Shown here: positions 48,589 through 58,023 of the stretch, piece after piece
Layout: every line of letters starts with the position of its first letter
Numbering within the stretch: the first letter of the stretch is position 1
Origin: a virus
Virus record (IMG/VR): IMGVR_UViG_3300044695_006747
Coordinates: 96,001-160,000 of that record
Direction: 5' to 3' (one strand)
DNA: 64,000 nucleotides
Position numbers and translations under genes: made by a program
The notes under the pieces: model-generated
Told to the model about the DNA's origin: nothing
The model's input: only the letters and a program-made list of their open reading frames with translations
Database searches by the model: none

Positions 48589-48756
48589 TCATCTTTCTGA
48601 ACTACCCATAAAAAATGTTTCGTTAGTCATAAAACCCAACATAAATCCTGCTGATAACAATCCTAAAAATGGATCATTCGACCATAAACACGAAAATATA
48701 AAAATGCCAGCAGCGAGATACACAATAATTAATTTTTGTTTTTGCTGTCTATTCAT
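48589..48756 (-). CDS. Small two-TM membrane protein (55 aa)
   Basis: Hand-translated MNRQQKQKLIIVYLAAGIFIFSCLW... Confidence 0.5.
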   Translation of the reverse strand: MNRQQKQKLIIVYLAAGIFIFSCLWSNDPFLGLLSAGFMLGFMTNETFFMGSSER

Positions 48757-48812
48757 AAAAAGTTCCTAACTCATTATAGCATTATTGAAATTTTAAGCAA
48801 CTAATCTCTCAG

Positions 48813-49511
48813 TTGGTGTATATCTTATGTATGGGGTATACTATGAAAAAATGTGGAATATATAAAATAATTAATACTAAAAACGACTTCTATTACATAG
48901 GGTCTAGCGTTGACATAACTTCCAGATTTGGTAATCATAGATCTAGTCTACGCAAAAATATTCATAATAATCCTAAACTGCAAAATGCTTGGAATAAATA
49001 TGGTGAACATTGTTTTAATTTTGAAATAGTTGAATTGTGTGATCCTAAAAAACTGTATCGTATAGAGCAAAAATATCTAAATAAAATTAGGAATTGTAGT
49101 AAAACTTATAATATAGTTTTCATTATTGGTGGTTTTCCAGATAGTGCTGGACATAAAAATCCTAGATGGATTAATGTTAGCCACAATAAGAAAAAGATTA
49201 TTAAGCGATATTGGCAAGAGCATCATACTGTAAAAACTATTCAATTTATGAAAGATGAGTTTGGATATGGGGGTTCTATTGCCAGAAGAATTATCAAAGA
49301 AATTAAAGATGAACTCAATATGCCTAATAGGATGAAAGATAATACTATTTATCATTTAAAGAATCTCAAAACTGGAGAAAATTTTAAGGGTACTAGGCAA
49401 CATTTTATTAAACAATATAATATATGTTATACAACGGTTAGTGAATTGGTACTTGGCAAAATACTGCAAACTAGATCTGGATGGATAGTGTCTCAATCTT
49501 CCAAAACATAA
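48813..49511 (+). mobile_element. Free-standing GIY-YIG homing endonuclease (probable start 48843)
   Basis: CGIYKIINTKNDFYYIGSS...RFGNH; opposite strand to all neighbours. Confidence 0.88.
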
Positions 49512-50209
49512 GACCAATATCGACTATCGTCCTTACCCTGCAAATGATCCCAATAAGCACACCTAGCAACATAGGATGGGATTTTGTTTTTCCCACAATT
49601 AACACTCCAATGCTGTTCAGCCTGCTTATATTGCTTAATACCACTATTGCTCTTATTATACTTCAAATGCTCCATATCGTACAAACGAAGCATATGAACA
49701 TCCAAACACAATACTCTTGCCTCATTAGGATGAATCATTTCAAGAGCAAAACTAACTTTAGCCAGCCCAATACCGCTAATTTTATTCACAATAGAATCAC
49801 GCTTCTTAACATGACCCTTCTTTGATGTAAAATAAAAATCTTTAGGATTATCCCAAAACTTTGTGGCAAAATCCCAAATATACTTTGTACGATTGTTGTG
49901 TAGACCAACTCCGCTTTTGTGAAGTTTTTCTCTCAAAAGATTCTCGTCATCAAGCCATTCATCAAAATTCTTGATAGCATTGTATCCGGCACAGTTGCCC
50001 TTCCAAGTAGTATGCACAGAGCAATATGCAAAAAGATAACGACGAAAAATATCCTCCACATTTTGTGGACGCACACTCTCCCAATATTCCTTATATGAAA
50101 CTACCTTATCTTTAGGAAAAGTAGCAAAGAAAATATCGGCCTTGGTCTTATCAAGAGTTGTATTCTGAACTGGAATAACAGTGTTTTCAACAATCATGGT
50201 TTTCTCCAA
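49493..50209 (-). CDS. HhH-type N-glycosylase/DNA lyase (8-oxoG glycosylase-like)
   Basis: ISGIGLAKVSF helix-hairpin-helix with Lys; LCLDVH Asp. Confidence 0.65.
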   Translation of the reverse strand: MEKTMIVENTVIPVQNTTLDKTKADIFFATFPKDKVVSYKEYWESVRPQNVEDIFRRYLFAYCSVHTTWKGNCAGYNAIKNFDEWLDDENLLREKLHKSGVGLHNNRTKYIWDFATKFWDNPKDFYFTSKKGHVKKRDSIVNKISGIGLAKVSFALEMIHPNEARVLCLDVHMLRLYDMEHLKYNKSNSGIKQYKQAEQHWSVNCGKNKIPSYVARCAYWDHLQGKDDSRYWSYVLED

Positions 50210-50222
50210 TGGGTATGCTACG

Positions 50223-50251
50223 ATTCTACACTACTGGTATCGGTTTGTCAA
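50223..50251 (-). promoter_or_regulatory. Sigma70-like promoter TTGACA-N17-TAGAAT
   Basis: Upstream of glycosylase; spacer contains CCGATA. Confidence 0.7.
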
Positions 50252-50262
50252 GACTCGTTTCT

Positions 50263-51576
50263 TTAAACGGTTCTCGCAGCACCATGTAGAATTTTAAATG
50301 TTGGAAAACGCAAACTAATTCCACCGTCTTGATTTTTAGTTTCCTCAAAATATTGAACGGTAATAATCTTTCCAAGAATCTTATTGGGATCTTGATAAAA
50401 TTCTTGACGCTGCTCAATAGTGAAACCACTACCAACTCGTACAATATTGTTCTTATGTTGAATCATAACACAACTCAACATTGTTTCTTCCCACTCAGCA
50501 CTATCTTTAACATATCTGAAATCGCCCATTTCAGTATCAATTACTTCATACTCATCATCAAAAAACTTCTTAACTTTGAGTAGGTCTTTGGATCGCTTAC
50601 CTTTATATGGTTCGTCTGCTCGCAGCATCACACCCTCCCAAAAAGAATCGGCTGCTTCTTTGACCCACTCTTGAAAATGCTCATCATTATGAATCAATTC
50701 TTGCTCAAGCAGAGTGAGGCATGGACATTCGTTCTTAGTCATAATCTCTGTCAGATTTGCCAAACGAATAGAATACGGACGATTCCGCTCACCCTTCTTG
50801 CTATAAAATTCATCATGCGTAATCATATCAAAAATCTTAAATGATGGATTAGGAATAGTATGATCCTTCTTCTTGAGTTGTTTCATTACTCCTTGAAAAT
50901 CTTCGTTACCATCATCGTCTACAAGACAAAGTTCACCATCAAACACTACATTAGTAATGTTAAGAGCCTTAATCCCATCCCTAACGACGCCAAGAGTATC
51001 AAACTCTTTTCCCGTGCGGGAATAGAAGGTAGTATCACCATTACTATCAACAATCCCAATACATCTAGCACCATCAATTTTTCTGCTAACATACCATCCG
51101 TCCTTCCAATCTACAAGTTTAGGCTCATATTTATCTGCCAGAGCAACGCTAAACTCTGGAATATGGTCAGGAATAGCCTTGTTGATAATCTTGTCACCAG
51201 CACGGGTTTTCAAATCCTTGTCAATAATACAATGGATAAGTTCCTCGTATTCAGAATAATGCTCAATAAAACTATTCACAGCAGAGATAGCGTCATGTCC
51301 AGTAATCTTTCGACTCTTTAGAGCATCCAGTAGATCAAAGAAATTTTTGTATTCGTTCTTTCTGGCTACAAGATGATTCTTCTTCTTGAGATTATCACTA
51401 GTGACATTGTATTGCCACAACGGATGATAGGTATAAAGCAAAATACTCTTGGTGAAAGATGCTGCGGCACTACTGTGTCCACAATAATCCAAAATAATTC
51501 CTTCCTTATCCTTAGTGCTACTAGTGGCCCTAAGATCACGAACCATTCCCATCACATAATTGAAATCGTGAATCAT
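50263..51576 (-). CDS. lig: ATP-dependent DNA ligase
   Basis: KIDGAR (motif I), FDGEL, FDMI, WEGVMLR, LLKVK, VGSGF, SLRFP. Confidence 0.93.
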   Translation of the reverse strand: MIHDFNYVMGMVRDLRATSSTKDKEGIILDYCGHSSAAASFTKSILLYTYHPLWQYNVTSDNLKKKNHLVARKNEYKNFFDLLDALKSRKITGHDAISAVNSFIEHYSEYEELIHCIIDKDLKTRAGDKIINKAIPDHIPEFSVALADKYEPKLVDWKDGWYVSRKIDGARCIGIVDSNGDTTFYSRTGKEFDTLGVVRDGIKALNITNVVFDGELCLVDDDGNEDFQGVMKQLKKKDHTIPNPSFKIFDMITHDEFYSKKGERNRPYSIRLANLTEIMTKNECPCLTLLEQELIHNDEHFQEWVKEAADSFWEGVMLRADEPYKGKRSKDLLKVKKFFDDEYEVIDTEMGDFRYVKDSAEWEETMLSCVMIQHKNNIVRVGSGFTIEQRQEFYQDPNKILGKIITVQYFEETKNQDGGISLRFPTFKILHGAARTV

Positions 51577-51601
51577 CTAAAAATTCTCCTGTGTTTCCTA
51601 G

Positions 51602-51630
51602 AGTATATCACACAGCAATCCCATTGTCAA
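51602..51630 (-). promoter_or_regulatory. Sigma70-like promoter TTGACA-N17-TATACT for ligase
   Basis: Upstream of ACAGGAG RBS. Confidence 0.7.
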
Positions 51631-51641
51631 GTATCGACAAC

Positions 51642-51902
51642 CTAGTGTCGTTTCTTGAATCGTTTACTTAATTTACCTACTAAATCACTTCCTGCTGTTG
51701 GGAAAAAACACGGCAAAATAGAATGAACAATTAGATAAAAACCAGCCAGTAAACAAGAACATCCATAAAATAGAGCAAATATCATATGCTCTATGTATGT
51801 CATATTATTTTCTTTTAAATGGTTAATCCACTTTTTCTTTAAAGTCATAAAAGTACATCTCTTCATCGCTTTCGCTAACCCATCTGCTACCAGTATGCTC
51901 AC
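51642..51902 (-). CDS. Small membrane protein (DUF6356-like)
   Basis: HLKENNMTYIEHMIFA...VHSILPCFF. Confidence 0.65.
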   Translation of the reverse strand: MSILVADGLAKAMKRCTFMTLKKKWINHLKENNMTYIEHMIFALFYGCSCLLAGFYLIVHSILPCFFPTAGSDLVGKLSKRFKKRH

Positions 51903-52473
51903 AACTAAATTCTTTGCTAAAAACTTTCCAATCCGGTTTTGTTAATTTTCTGCTTATAAAAGATCCGCCATCCATCCACAATACCCTATTATTTGGTTGA
52001 ATAAAATATTGACCGCCTTCTCCTGCGAATACATGGCCGCACTTATGACCAGCCGCCATTTCTCCGTATCCAGAATGATATTGTGGCCCCAAACACCAAT
52101 CTATAGTAAACATATATTCACATTTATGTTTTTGCTTATTTTTTAATAAAATATTTGCTGCTCTATTTTTTAGATACTCTACTATTTGAACACTAGCATA
52201 GTAACTCATACTATCCCAAAGTTGAACCCAATCCAGAGGAAATTCTGTACCTCCTTTTTCAATAGAATGGAGATAATGCACAGGAACTCTAGCGTGTTGA
52301 CTTCCATATTCTGTCATAATGCTAAAAAGACCACATCTTTGTGGTATACTAGTAAAATTAAAAACTTCTACTACTAGTCTTTCATTATCAACACTTGGTT
52401 CATCATCATATAAAAAGGCTTTGTCTAAATAAGCAACAAATGTAGGAATATTAATATTAAGATAGTTACTCAT
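51823..52473 (-). CDS. Conserved phage hypothetical protein
   Basis: YLNINIP, LDWVQLWD, QPNNRVLW. Confidence 0.7.
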   Translation of the reverse strand: MSNYLNINIPTFVAYLDKAFLYDDEPSVDNERLVVEVFNFTSIPQRCGLFSIMTEYGSQHARVPVHYLHSIEKGGTEFPLDWVQLWDSMSYYASVQIVEYLKNRAANILLKNKQKHKCEYMFTIDWCLGPQYHSGYGEMAAGHKCGHVFAGEGGQYFIQPNNRVLWMDGGSFISRKLTKPDWKVFSKEFSCEHTGSRWVSESDEEMYFYDFKEKVD

Positions 52474-52474
52474 T

Positions 52475-53233
52475 TTATTTTTTCAATTTTTGTTTTGATT
52501 CTTTTATCCAGTCTAAAAATTTGGAGACTCTTGTGTGTCCTGATTCTTCACCGTATTTTGACATTGGTGATCTTCCAACAGCCATAACGCAAGAATTTAT
52601 ACCAGCTAATTTACCATCTATAAATAGTCCACCACCACTATCTCCGCTACCAATCATATACTCTAATACACTATGATCTGTATTTCCCCATTTGGATGGT
52701 GAGCAGATTAGCATATCCTTATCTACTCCATCAACAATATTCGACCCTGCTCTTAGTTTATTGTCCGATTTATGTGTTCCAGTATTAAAATTTCCTGTTA
52801 ATCCCCATCCTGCTATTGATGCTACTTTGCCTGTTTCATTCTCATCTGTATATAGAGGCGGAAAATTTTTAAGATCAAATCCTTGTTCACAATATCCTAA
52901 AGCAATATCTCCTGTCCCAAATTCTCCCCCAAAATCTTTGTGAATAACTATATCTGTTAATAAGAATTTTTTATCATCTACTCTAACATAGCAAGTCTTG
53001 TAGCCTTGTACAACATGGGCTGCTGTTAGAACAAAATGTTTTTCTATAATAACTCCAGAAGCACAAAATAAAGAATCATCTTGATAATTGCCACATACTT
53101 TAACAACACAGTAGAACTGTGAGCCAAAATCTAGATATTTTTGATCTGGGATATTTGGATCTATTGTTCCTCCATAAGAAAGAGAGCAAAATCCTAGAAA
53201 CGCAATAAGAAAAATCTTTTTAATTGCAACCAT
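52475..53233 (-). CDS. Secreted trypsin-like (S1) serine protease
   Basis: Signal peptide; LTAAHV, GDIAL, GDSGG. Confidence 0.92.
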   Translation of the reverse strand: MVAIKKIFLIAFLGFCSLSYGGTIDPNIPDQKYLDFGSQFYCVVKVCGNYQDDSLFCASGVIIEKHFVLTAAHVVQGYKTCYVRVDDKKFLLTDIVIHKDFGGEFGTGDIALGYCEQGFDLKNFPPLYTDENETGKVASIAGWGLTGNFNTGTHKSDNKLRAGSNIVDGVDKDMLICSPSKWGNTDHSVLEYMIGSGDSGGGLFIDGKLAGINSCVMAVGRSPMSKYGEESGHTRVSKFLDWIKESKQKLKK

Positions 53234-53278
53234 AATAAAGCCCTCCGTTGAAAAGTGGCTTTATTATATTACACTATT

Positions 53279-54523
53279 TTAGAATAATTCCTTAATAACT
53301 TTTCCACTATTTGCTATCTTCATAGGTCGCCCATTTTTAGAGGTAAAAGTAGTCTCAAGAGAAATACCTAAACTACTCAAAACGCTGGCCATTAAATCTT
53401 GAGAAGTATAGGGATCGGTAACTATCTCTTTTCCATCCTCATTTGTTTCTCCAACAACAACTCCACCCTTAAATCCTGCCCCGCCAACCACCACACTCCA
53501 ACTTCTGGCCCAATGATCACGACCACCATTACCATTAATATTTGGTGTGCGACCAAATTCTCCCATCCAAATAATAGCAGTATCTTGTAGCAGTCCACGA
53601 TCACTTAAATCTTCCACCAAAGCACTCATAGCCTTATCCAACTCTGGAAGTTTTTGATTTTCTAATGTGGCAAAAATACCAGCATGATTATCCCAACCAC
53701 CCATATCTACTTCTACGAATGGGACTCCCATTTCTACTAATCGTCGTGCCATTAAACAACCTCGACCAAAACCAGTGTTACCATATCGTTCTCTAACTTC
53801 TGCTGGTTCTTTTGATACTTTGAACGCTTCCATCTGTTTGCTAGTCATTAATTTAACTGTTTTATCAAGCACCTTGTTGTGATCTAGTGCTGATCCACCA
53901 CGAGATTCTTTGATAAACTTATTTTCGATTGCTGCTAACATTTCTAGTCTTTGAGATAATCTTGATGGATCAATTCCCATATTAAGATCACGAATATTAC
54001 CATTGCTATCCACAACAAATGGTGAATAAGTCATACCCAAAAATCCTGGGCCAACACTAGCACCACCAACACTAACAAACGGAGGAATTTCTAGTTCTGG
54101 AACTTGATCTATTAATTCGTGAGATATAACGCTACCATAACTAGGATAGTCTACTGTTGGACTAGGAACATAACCTGTGTGCATATAATAGCGACCTCTA
54201 GTATGGTCAGCCTCTCTTGTACTCATGCTTCGCACAATACTTAACTTATCCATATTTTTAGCGATCAATGGAAGATGCTCGCAGATTTGAACTCCATCAG
54301 CATTAGTATTGATTGGCTTAAATGGACCACCTGTTGGTGTTCCGGATTTTAAATCCCAAAGATCAATAGTGCTTGGGCCTCCACCCATCCATAAAAGTAT
54401 AGCGCTCTTATGTCTTTTCTTTAGATCAGAAGCATTTGCTAAAATAGTATTGGTAAAATTTGTAGCCGGAATAGTTAGCGATGATGCTGCGGCTAAATGA
54501 GATAAGAAATGTCGTCTGTTCAT
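53279..54523 (-). CDS. DUF1501-family protein with Tat signal
   Basis: MNRRHFL; LWMGGGPSTIDLWD; GCLMARRLVEMGV; GGWDNH; WMGEFGRTP; GRDHW. Confidence 0.9.
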   Translation of the reverse strand: MNRRHFLSHLAAASSLTIPATNFTNTILANASDLKKRHKSAILLWMGGGPSTIDLWDLKSGTPTGGPFKPINTNADGVQICEHLPLIAKNMDKLSIVRSMSTREADHTRGRYYMHTGYVPSPTVDYPSYGSVISHELIDQVPELEIPPFVSVGGASVGPGFLGMTYSPFVVDSNGNIRDLNMGIDPSRLSQRLEMLAAIENKFIKESRGGSALDHNKVLDKTVKLMTSKQMEAFKVSKEPAEVRERYGNTGFGRGCLMARRLVEMGVPFVEVDMGGWDNHAGIFATLENQKLPELDKAMSALVEDLSDRGLLQDTAIIWMGEFGRTPNINGNGGRDHWARSWSVVVGGAGFKGGVVVGETNEDGKEIVTDPYTSQDLMASVLSSLGISLETTFTSKNGRPMKIANSGKVIKELF

Positions 54524-56409
54524 ATTTTATCTATCTTTCTTTGTGGTTTAGGAATTAGTTTTGGTTTGGCTTTATCATCTGATTGATTATTATTACCTCC
54601 ACCACCATTGTTTGGTTTTGGTGGCTCCTCATAATCTTCATACCATTTATACGAGATTGGAGTATTAAGTTCTTCATTTGCTATTAATGCCCAAGGAGTA
54701 TCTGGATAATTGTCTACTACAAATCTTAAATATTTTTGAGATCCTTCATAACATTTTTTGAGTAAACTATTATTTAGATCGAAGTCCTTAGATGGCATTA
54801 GTATCCATATATTAGATTTTGGATCTTTCTTTTTCAAGCCGGTTTTCGCTTCTGCTAAAACCAGATTATAACTCTCTATTCTACATTTTGTAGATAGTAT
54901 ACGCCCCATAGCAAGAGCGTATGAAACTTTCCATCTATCTTCTAGTGTAGAATATGATGATTCGCCACTTAGTAATGTAGTGTAGATTTGATTAATTTTA
55001 GGTTCAAGTTTAGCAGAAAATCTTTGTGCCATATTTAGTTCATTTACAAAACTACCCTCATCAAATGCTTTGAATCGTAGTGTTTGTTCACCAGAAATAT
55101 TAAGGGGAATTGATGATGCTTGAACTAGTGCTTTTTTACTAGCATGAGACTGTGCTTCTTTATTTTGTATACCATACGATCTATAGTCTGGTCTATACTT
55201 AGTCATAATTTCGTGATCAAAAAATCTGGAAATGTATGATGATAGTGGGCTAATCTGTTTTTTATCTACTCTAGTATTTCCCCTATTAGGATGCACACTA
55301 AAATATAAGCCTCCAGTGTCCAAACAAAGTTTCGACAAAGCAAACGGGCCAAACCCACTGTCTAATGTTTCTTTATCAATTGGTAAACTATTAATATCTA
55401 AAATCATATCATATAAAGATTCTGGGCCTTGATTAATTTCTACCCATTTTTCAGTTTGATCGTACTTAGGATCAAATTCCACAAACTTAAATTGTGCTGT
55501 ATTTTTGCCAAATGGTGCGGGGTTTCCAACAACATAAATCATAGTCGCTTTCGATCTTGCTAGATTAGATACTACATCTAAATATTGAAAATCATCACCA
55601 ACTTCGTCTGTAAATACAATCACTAATAATCTGGAACCAAAAACGTATTCGGATTTGCATACTTCACCAATAGCAGAGAATGTATTTTCGATTCCGCTTT
55701 CATCTAGCACGATTGATTCTACTGCTGTCTTTAGTGTTGACGGATCATCTGTGAGTTGTCTTGTGATTTTGGTAAATTTTTGCCCAAAACTATAAATTCC
55801 ATGTTTAATATTATAAGTAGTATTAGCAAATTCTAGTTCTTGTAATATCTTTTGAAAACGATCAGCAATTAATTGTCTTTGATGACTCAAACTAACGCTG
55901 GCATCTAGTAGCCAAATAACGTTTGTGTCTTTAGATTCCCCGCTTTTGATAATCTCAACAGTCAATCTGTCCAATGCTCCACCACTAGATGATTGTGATG
56001 AAAATCCTGAACCTAAATTTGAAGAGACTCCAGATAATGTTTGACCAACTAAATCAGACGAAAATTCTGAGCCAACTTCTTCCATAGGTTCAACGGTTAA
56101 ATTAGAAGGAACATCAATATCATTAACAGATATAGATGAATCCTGTTGTTGTTCAACTATTACTTCTTCAGTTAACGAAGAATTTTTATCATCAAATGTG
56201 AAAGTTTCTGGAATATTAACAGGAATCTCAAAATCTACGTTTTCTTCAATGACGCTTGATGATGTTATTGTTAAAGGTTGTTCTGAGTCCAGTGCTTTTC
56301 CTATCATTAGTGATAGCAATAACAGAGCCATGCTGTTAATCACAAATGCTATACAATAGTGTTCTGTTGTTTCTGAGGATAACATATCCCTAATTTGACG
56401 AATCATCAT
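54520..56409 (-). CDS. Membrane-anchored vWA-domain protein (Planctomycete-like)
   Basis: N-terminal TM; MIDAS WLLDASVS; ENTF; FTDEVGDD; FGPFALSKL; TPWA. Confidence 0.75.
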   Translation of the reverse strand: MMIRQIRDMLSSETTEHYCIAFVINSMALLLLSLMIGKALDSEQPLTITSSSVIEENVDFEIPVNIPETFTFDDKNSSLTEEVIVEQQQDSSISVNDIDVPSNLTVEPMEEVGSEFSSDLVGQTLSGVSSNLGSGFSSQSSSGGALDRLTVEIIKSGESKDTNVIWLLDASVSLSHQRQLIADRFQKILQELEFANTTYNIKHGIYSFGQKFTKITRQLTDDPSTLKTAVESIVLDESGIENTFSAIGEVCKSEYVFGSRLLVIVFTDEVGDDFQYLDVVSNLARSKATMIYVVGNPAPFGKNTAQFKFVEFDPKYDQTEKWVEINQGPESLYDMILDINSLPIDKETLDSGFGPFALSKLCLDTGGLYFSVHPNRGNTRVDKKQISPLSSYISRFFDHEIMTKYRPDYRSYGIQNKEAQSHASKKALVQASSIPLNISGEQTLRFKAFDEGSFVNELNMAQRFSAKLEPKINQIYTTLLSGESSYSTLEDRWKVSYALAMGRILSTKCRIESYNLVLAEAKTGLKKKDPKSNIWILMPSKDFDLNNSLLKKCYEGSQKYLRFVVDNYPDTPWALIANEELNTPISYKWYEDYEEPPKPNNGGGGNNNQSDDKAKPKLIPKPQRKIDKI

Positions 56410-56749
56410 GTTTCCTATTTTTGGCCATAATTAAATAGTTTACAGCCTTAATTACACCATCCAGATCATCTCCTAATTTTCCTAGGCCGGTATTACATGG
56501 TTCACATAACCAACCTCTAAAACTGTCATCGTTATGATCGTGATCCAAACACCATTTGCGTGGAACTTTTCCACAACATTCGCAAAGTTCTGGTTTATTT
56601 GGTGCTTTTTTATGAAGTTTGCTTCTTACTTTGCTGTGTTTTCTAACACAACTTCTGCATCTACTATCAAGATTATCTTTGTACATACTGTGTTTGGGAA
56701 AACTTTTAGGATTTTTTCGTTTTCCACAATAAGTACAAATTTTTCTCAT
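56390..56749 (-). CDS. Endonuclease VII-like nuclease
   Basis: CECCG...LDHDH...RGWLCEPCNTGLG. Confidence 0.85.
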   Translation of the reverse strand: MRKICTYCGKRKNPKSFPKHSMYKDNLDSRCRSCVRKHSKVRSKLHKKAPNKPELCECCGKVPRKWCLDHDHNDDSFRGWLCEPCNTGLGKLGDDLDGVIKAVNYLIMAKNRKHDDSSN

Positions 56750-56865
56750 TTGTATTTCTTGAGTTTCTTTTTAAGTTTTTTTAGATATTTATCTTCTTGC
56801 AATTTTTCAGAATCTTTATCTTCTTCTTTCTTTAGTTTTTTCCAAAACTTTTTCCATACGCTCAT
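56746..56865 (-). CDS. Small Lys-rich protein (39 aa)
   Basis: Hand-translated MSVWKKFWKKLKKEED...; TGA overlaps next ATG. Confidence 0.45.
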   Translation of the reverse strand: MSVWKKFWKKLKKEEDKDSEKLQEDKYLKKLKKKLKKYK

Positions 56866-56882
56866 ATTATTCTTTCTTTAAG

Positions 56883-57236
56883 TGGAGGCGGGGGAAGTCG
56901 AATCCCCGTCTTGTGATAACTTTAATATAATCTCTACAAGTTTATTTTGTTCATAAATTTTGAGAAAGATTAAAGAACAAACAACATTCATCTTTCCGTA
57001 CCAACTAATCTCAGGCTAGAACCCGTTGGCTATTCTAGCAGCCGAAGGATTTTACGACAATCTTTTGAACGCTACCTTCATCGCTTTCTAAGATTGTTGC
57101 TGTTATTTAATTAAGCAGCAAGGGCTAACTGATTTGTGCCAGTTAAAGCATTTGGTAGATTTTTAAAGTGGCCTTTCCACCAACCACTACTTGCTAATTA
57201 TACCAAATTTTATCCAATCGATACCGTTACGCCCCC
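56883..57236 (-). ncRNA. ssrA: tmRNA
   Basis: Acceptor GGGGGCG/CGCCTCC with G3-U70 and A73; T-arm GGGGA-TTCGACT-TCCCC; tag ORF 57140-57111 GTNQLALAA* after TAACT. Confidence 0.93.
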
Positions 57237-57439
57237 TAATCTTTATTATTATACACAAAATCCTTATTTTGTAAAGTCTCTAGTTTGAGATAGAGATATT
57301 CAAAAAATACTCTATACATCATCTTCTCTTTTTCTAGAAGTTTGATTTCCTCATATTGTAAAATATTAAACCCAATTGATATTGATAACAAACCAATTAT
57401 GAAAGTATAATACGGTAGGTGTTTTGAGCGATTAGTCAT
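57236..57439 (-). CDS. Small membrane protein
   Basis: One TM; stop abuts tmRNA 5' end. Confidence 0.55.
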   Translation of the reverse strand: MTNRSKHLPYYTFIIGLLSISIGFNILQYEEIKLLEKEKMMYRVFFEYLYLKLETLQNKDFVYNNKD

Positions 57440-57455
57440 ATAATATTTACTTGTC

Positions 57456-58022
57456 TTGAATCGAATATGGTGTATGATACTTTATCAAAGTTATAACAAG
57501 GAGATTCGGCTTATGAGTCAATGCGTCAACTGTTTCAAAGAAACAAATAATCCAAAGTTTTGTTCCAGATCATGCGGTGTGTCATACAATAATCGAATAA
57601 AGCCTAAAAGAATTGCAACAAAAAAATATTTTAAGTGTTTATATTGTAAGAAGAAAACTCAATTTTATACTAATAATCCAAGAAAATATTGTTCAAAAAG
57701 TTGTAGGATAATACATAATAGAAATACTTCAGACAGTCTCATAGAAGTGAATGGGTTTGGCAGTGGTCATTATCATAATGCAACAATCAGAAAATATTTG
57801 ATAAGAAAACATGGGAATAACTGTATGATCTGCGGACAATCTGGAGACAATTGGAATGGTAAACCTATTACGCTTATTGTGGATCATATTGATGGAAAGT
57901 CCAACAATAATATGCTTGATAATCTCCGTATTGTTTGTCCAAACTGCGATTGTCAATTGCCTACTTATAAGGCTAAAAACAAAGGCAACAGTTCTAGATC
58001 ATATTTTATAGTTCAAAAATAA
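57456..58022 (+). mobile_element. Free-standing HNH homing endonuclease (probable start 57513)
   Basis: Two FCSRSC/YCSKSC Zn modules; CMICG; VDHIDG...NLRIVCPNC; RBS AAGGAG; inverted. Confidence 0.85.
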
Positions 58023-58023
58023 A

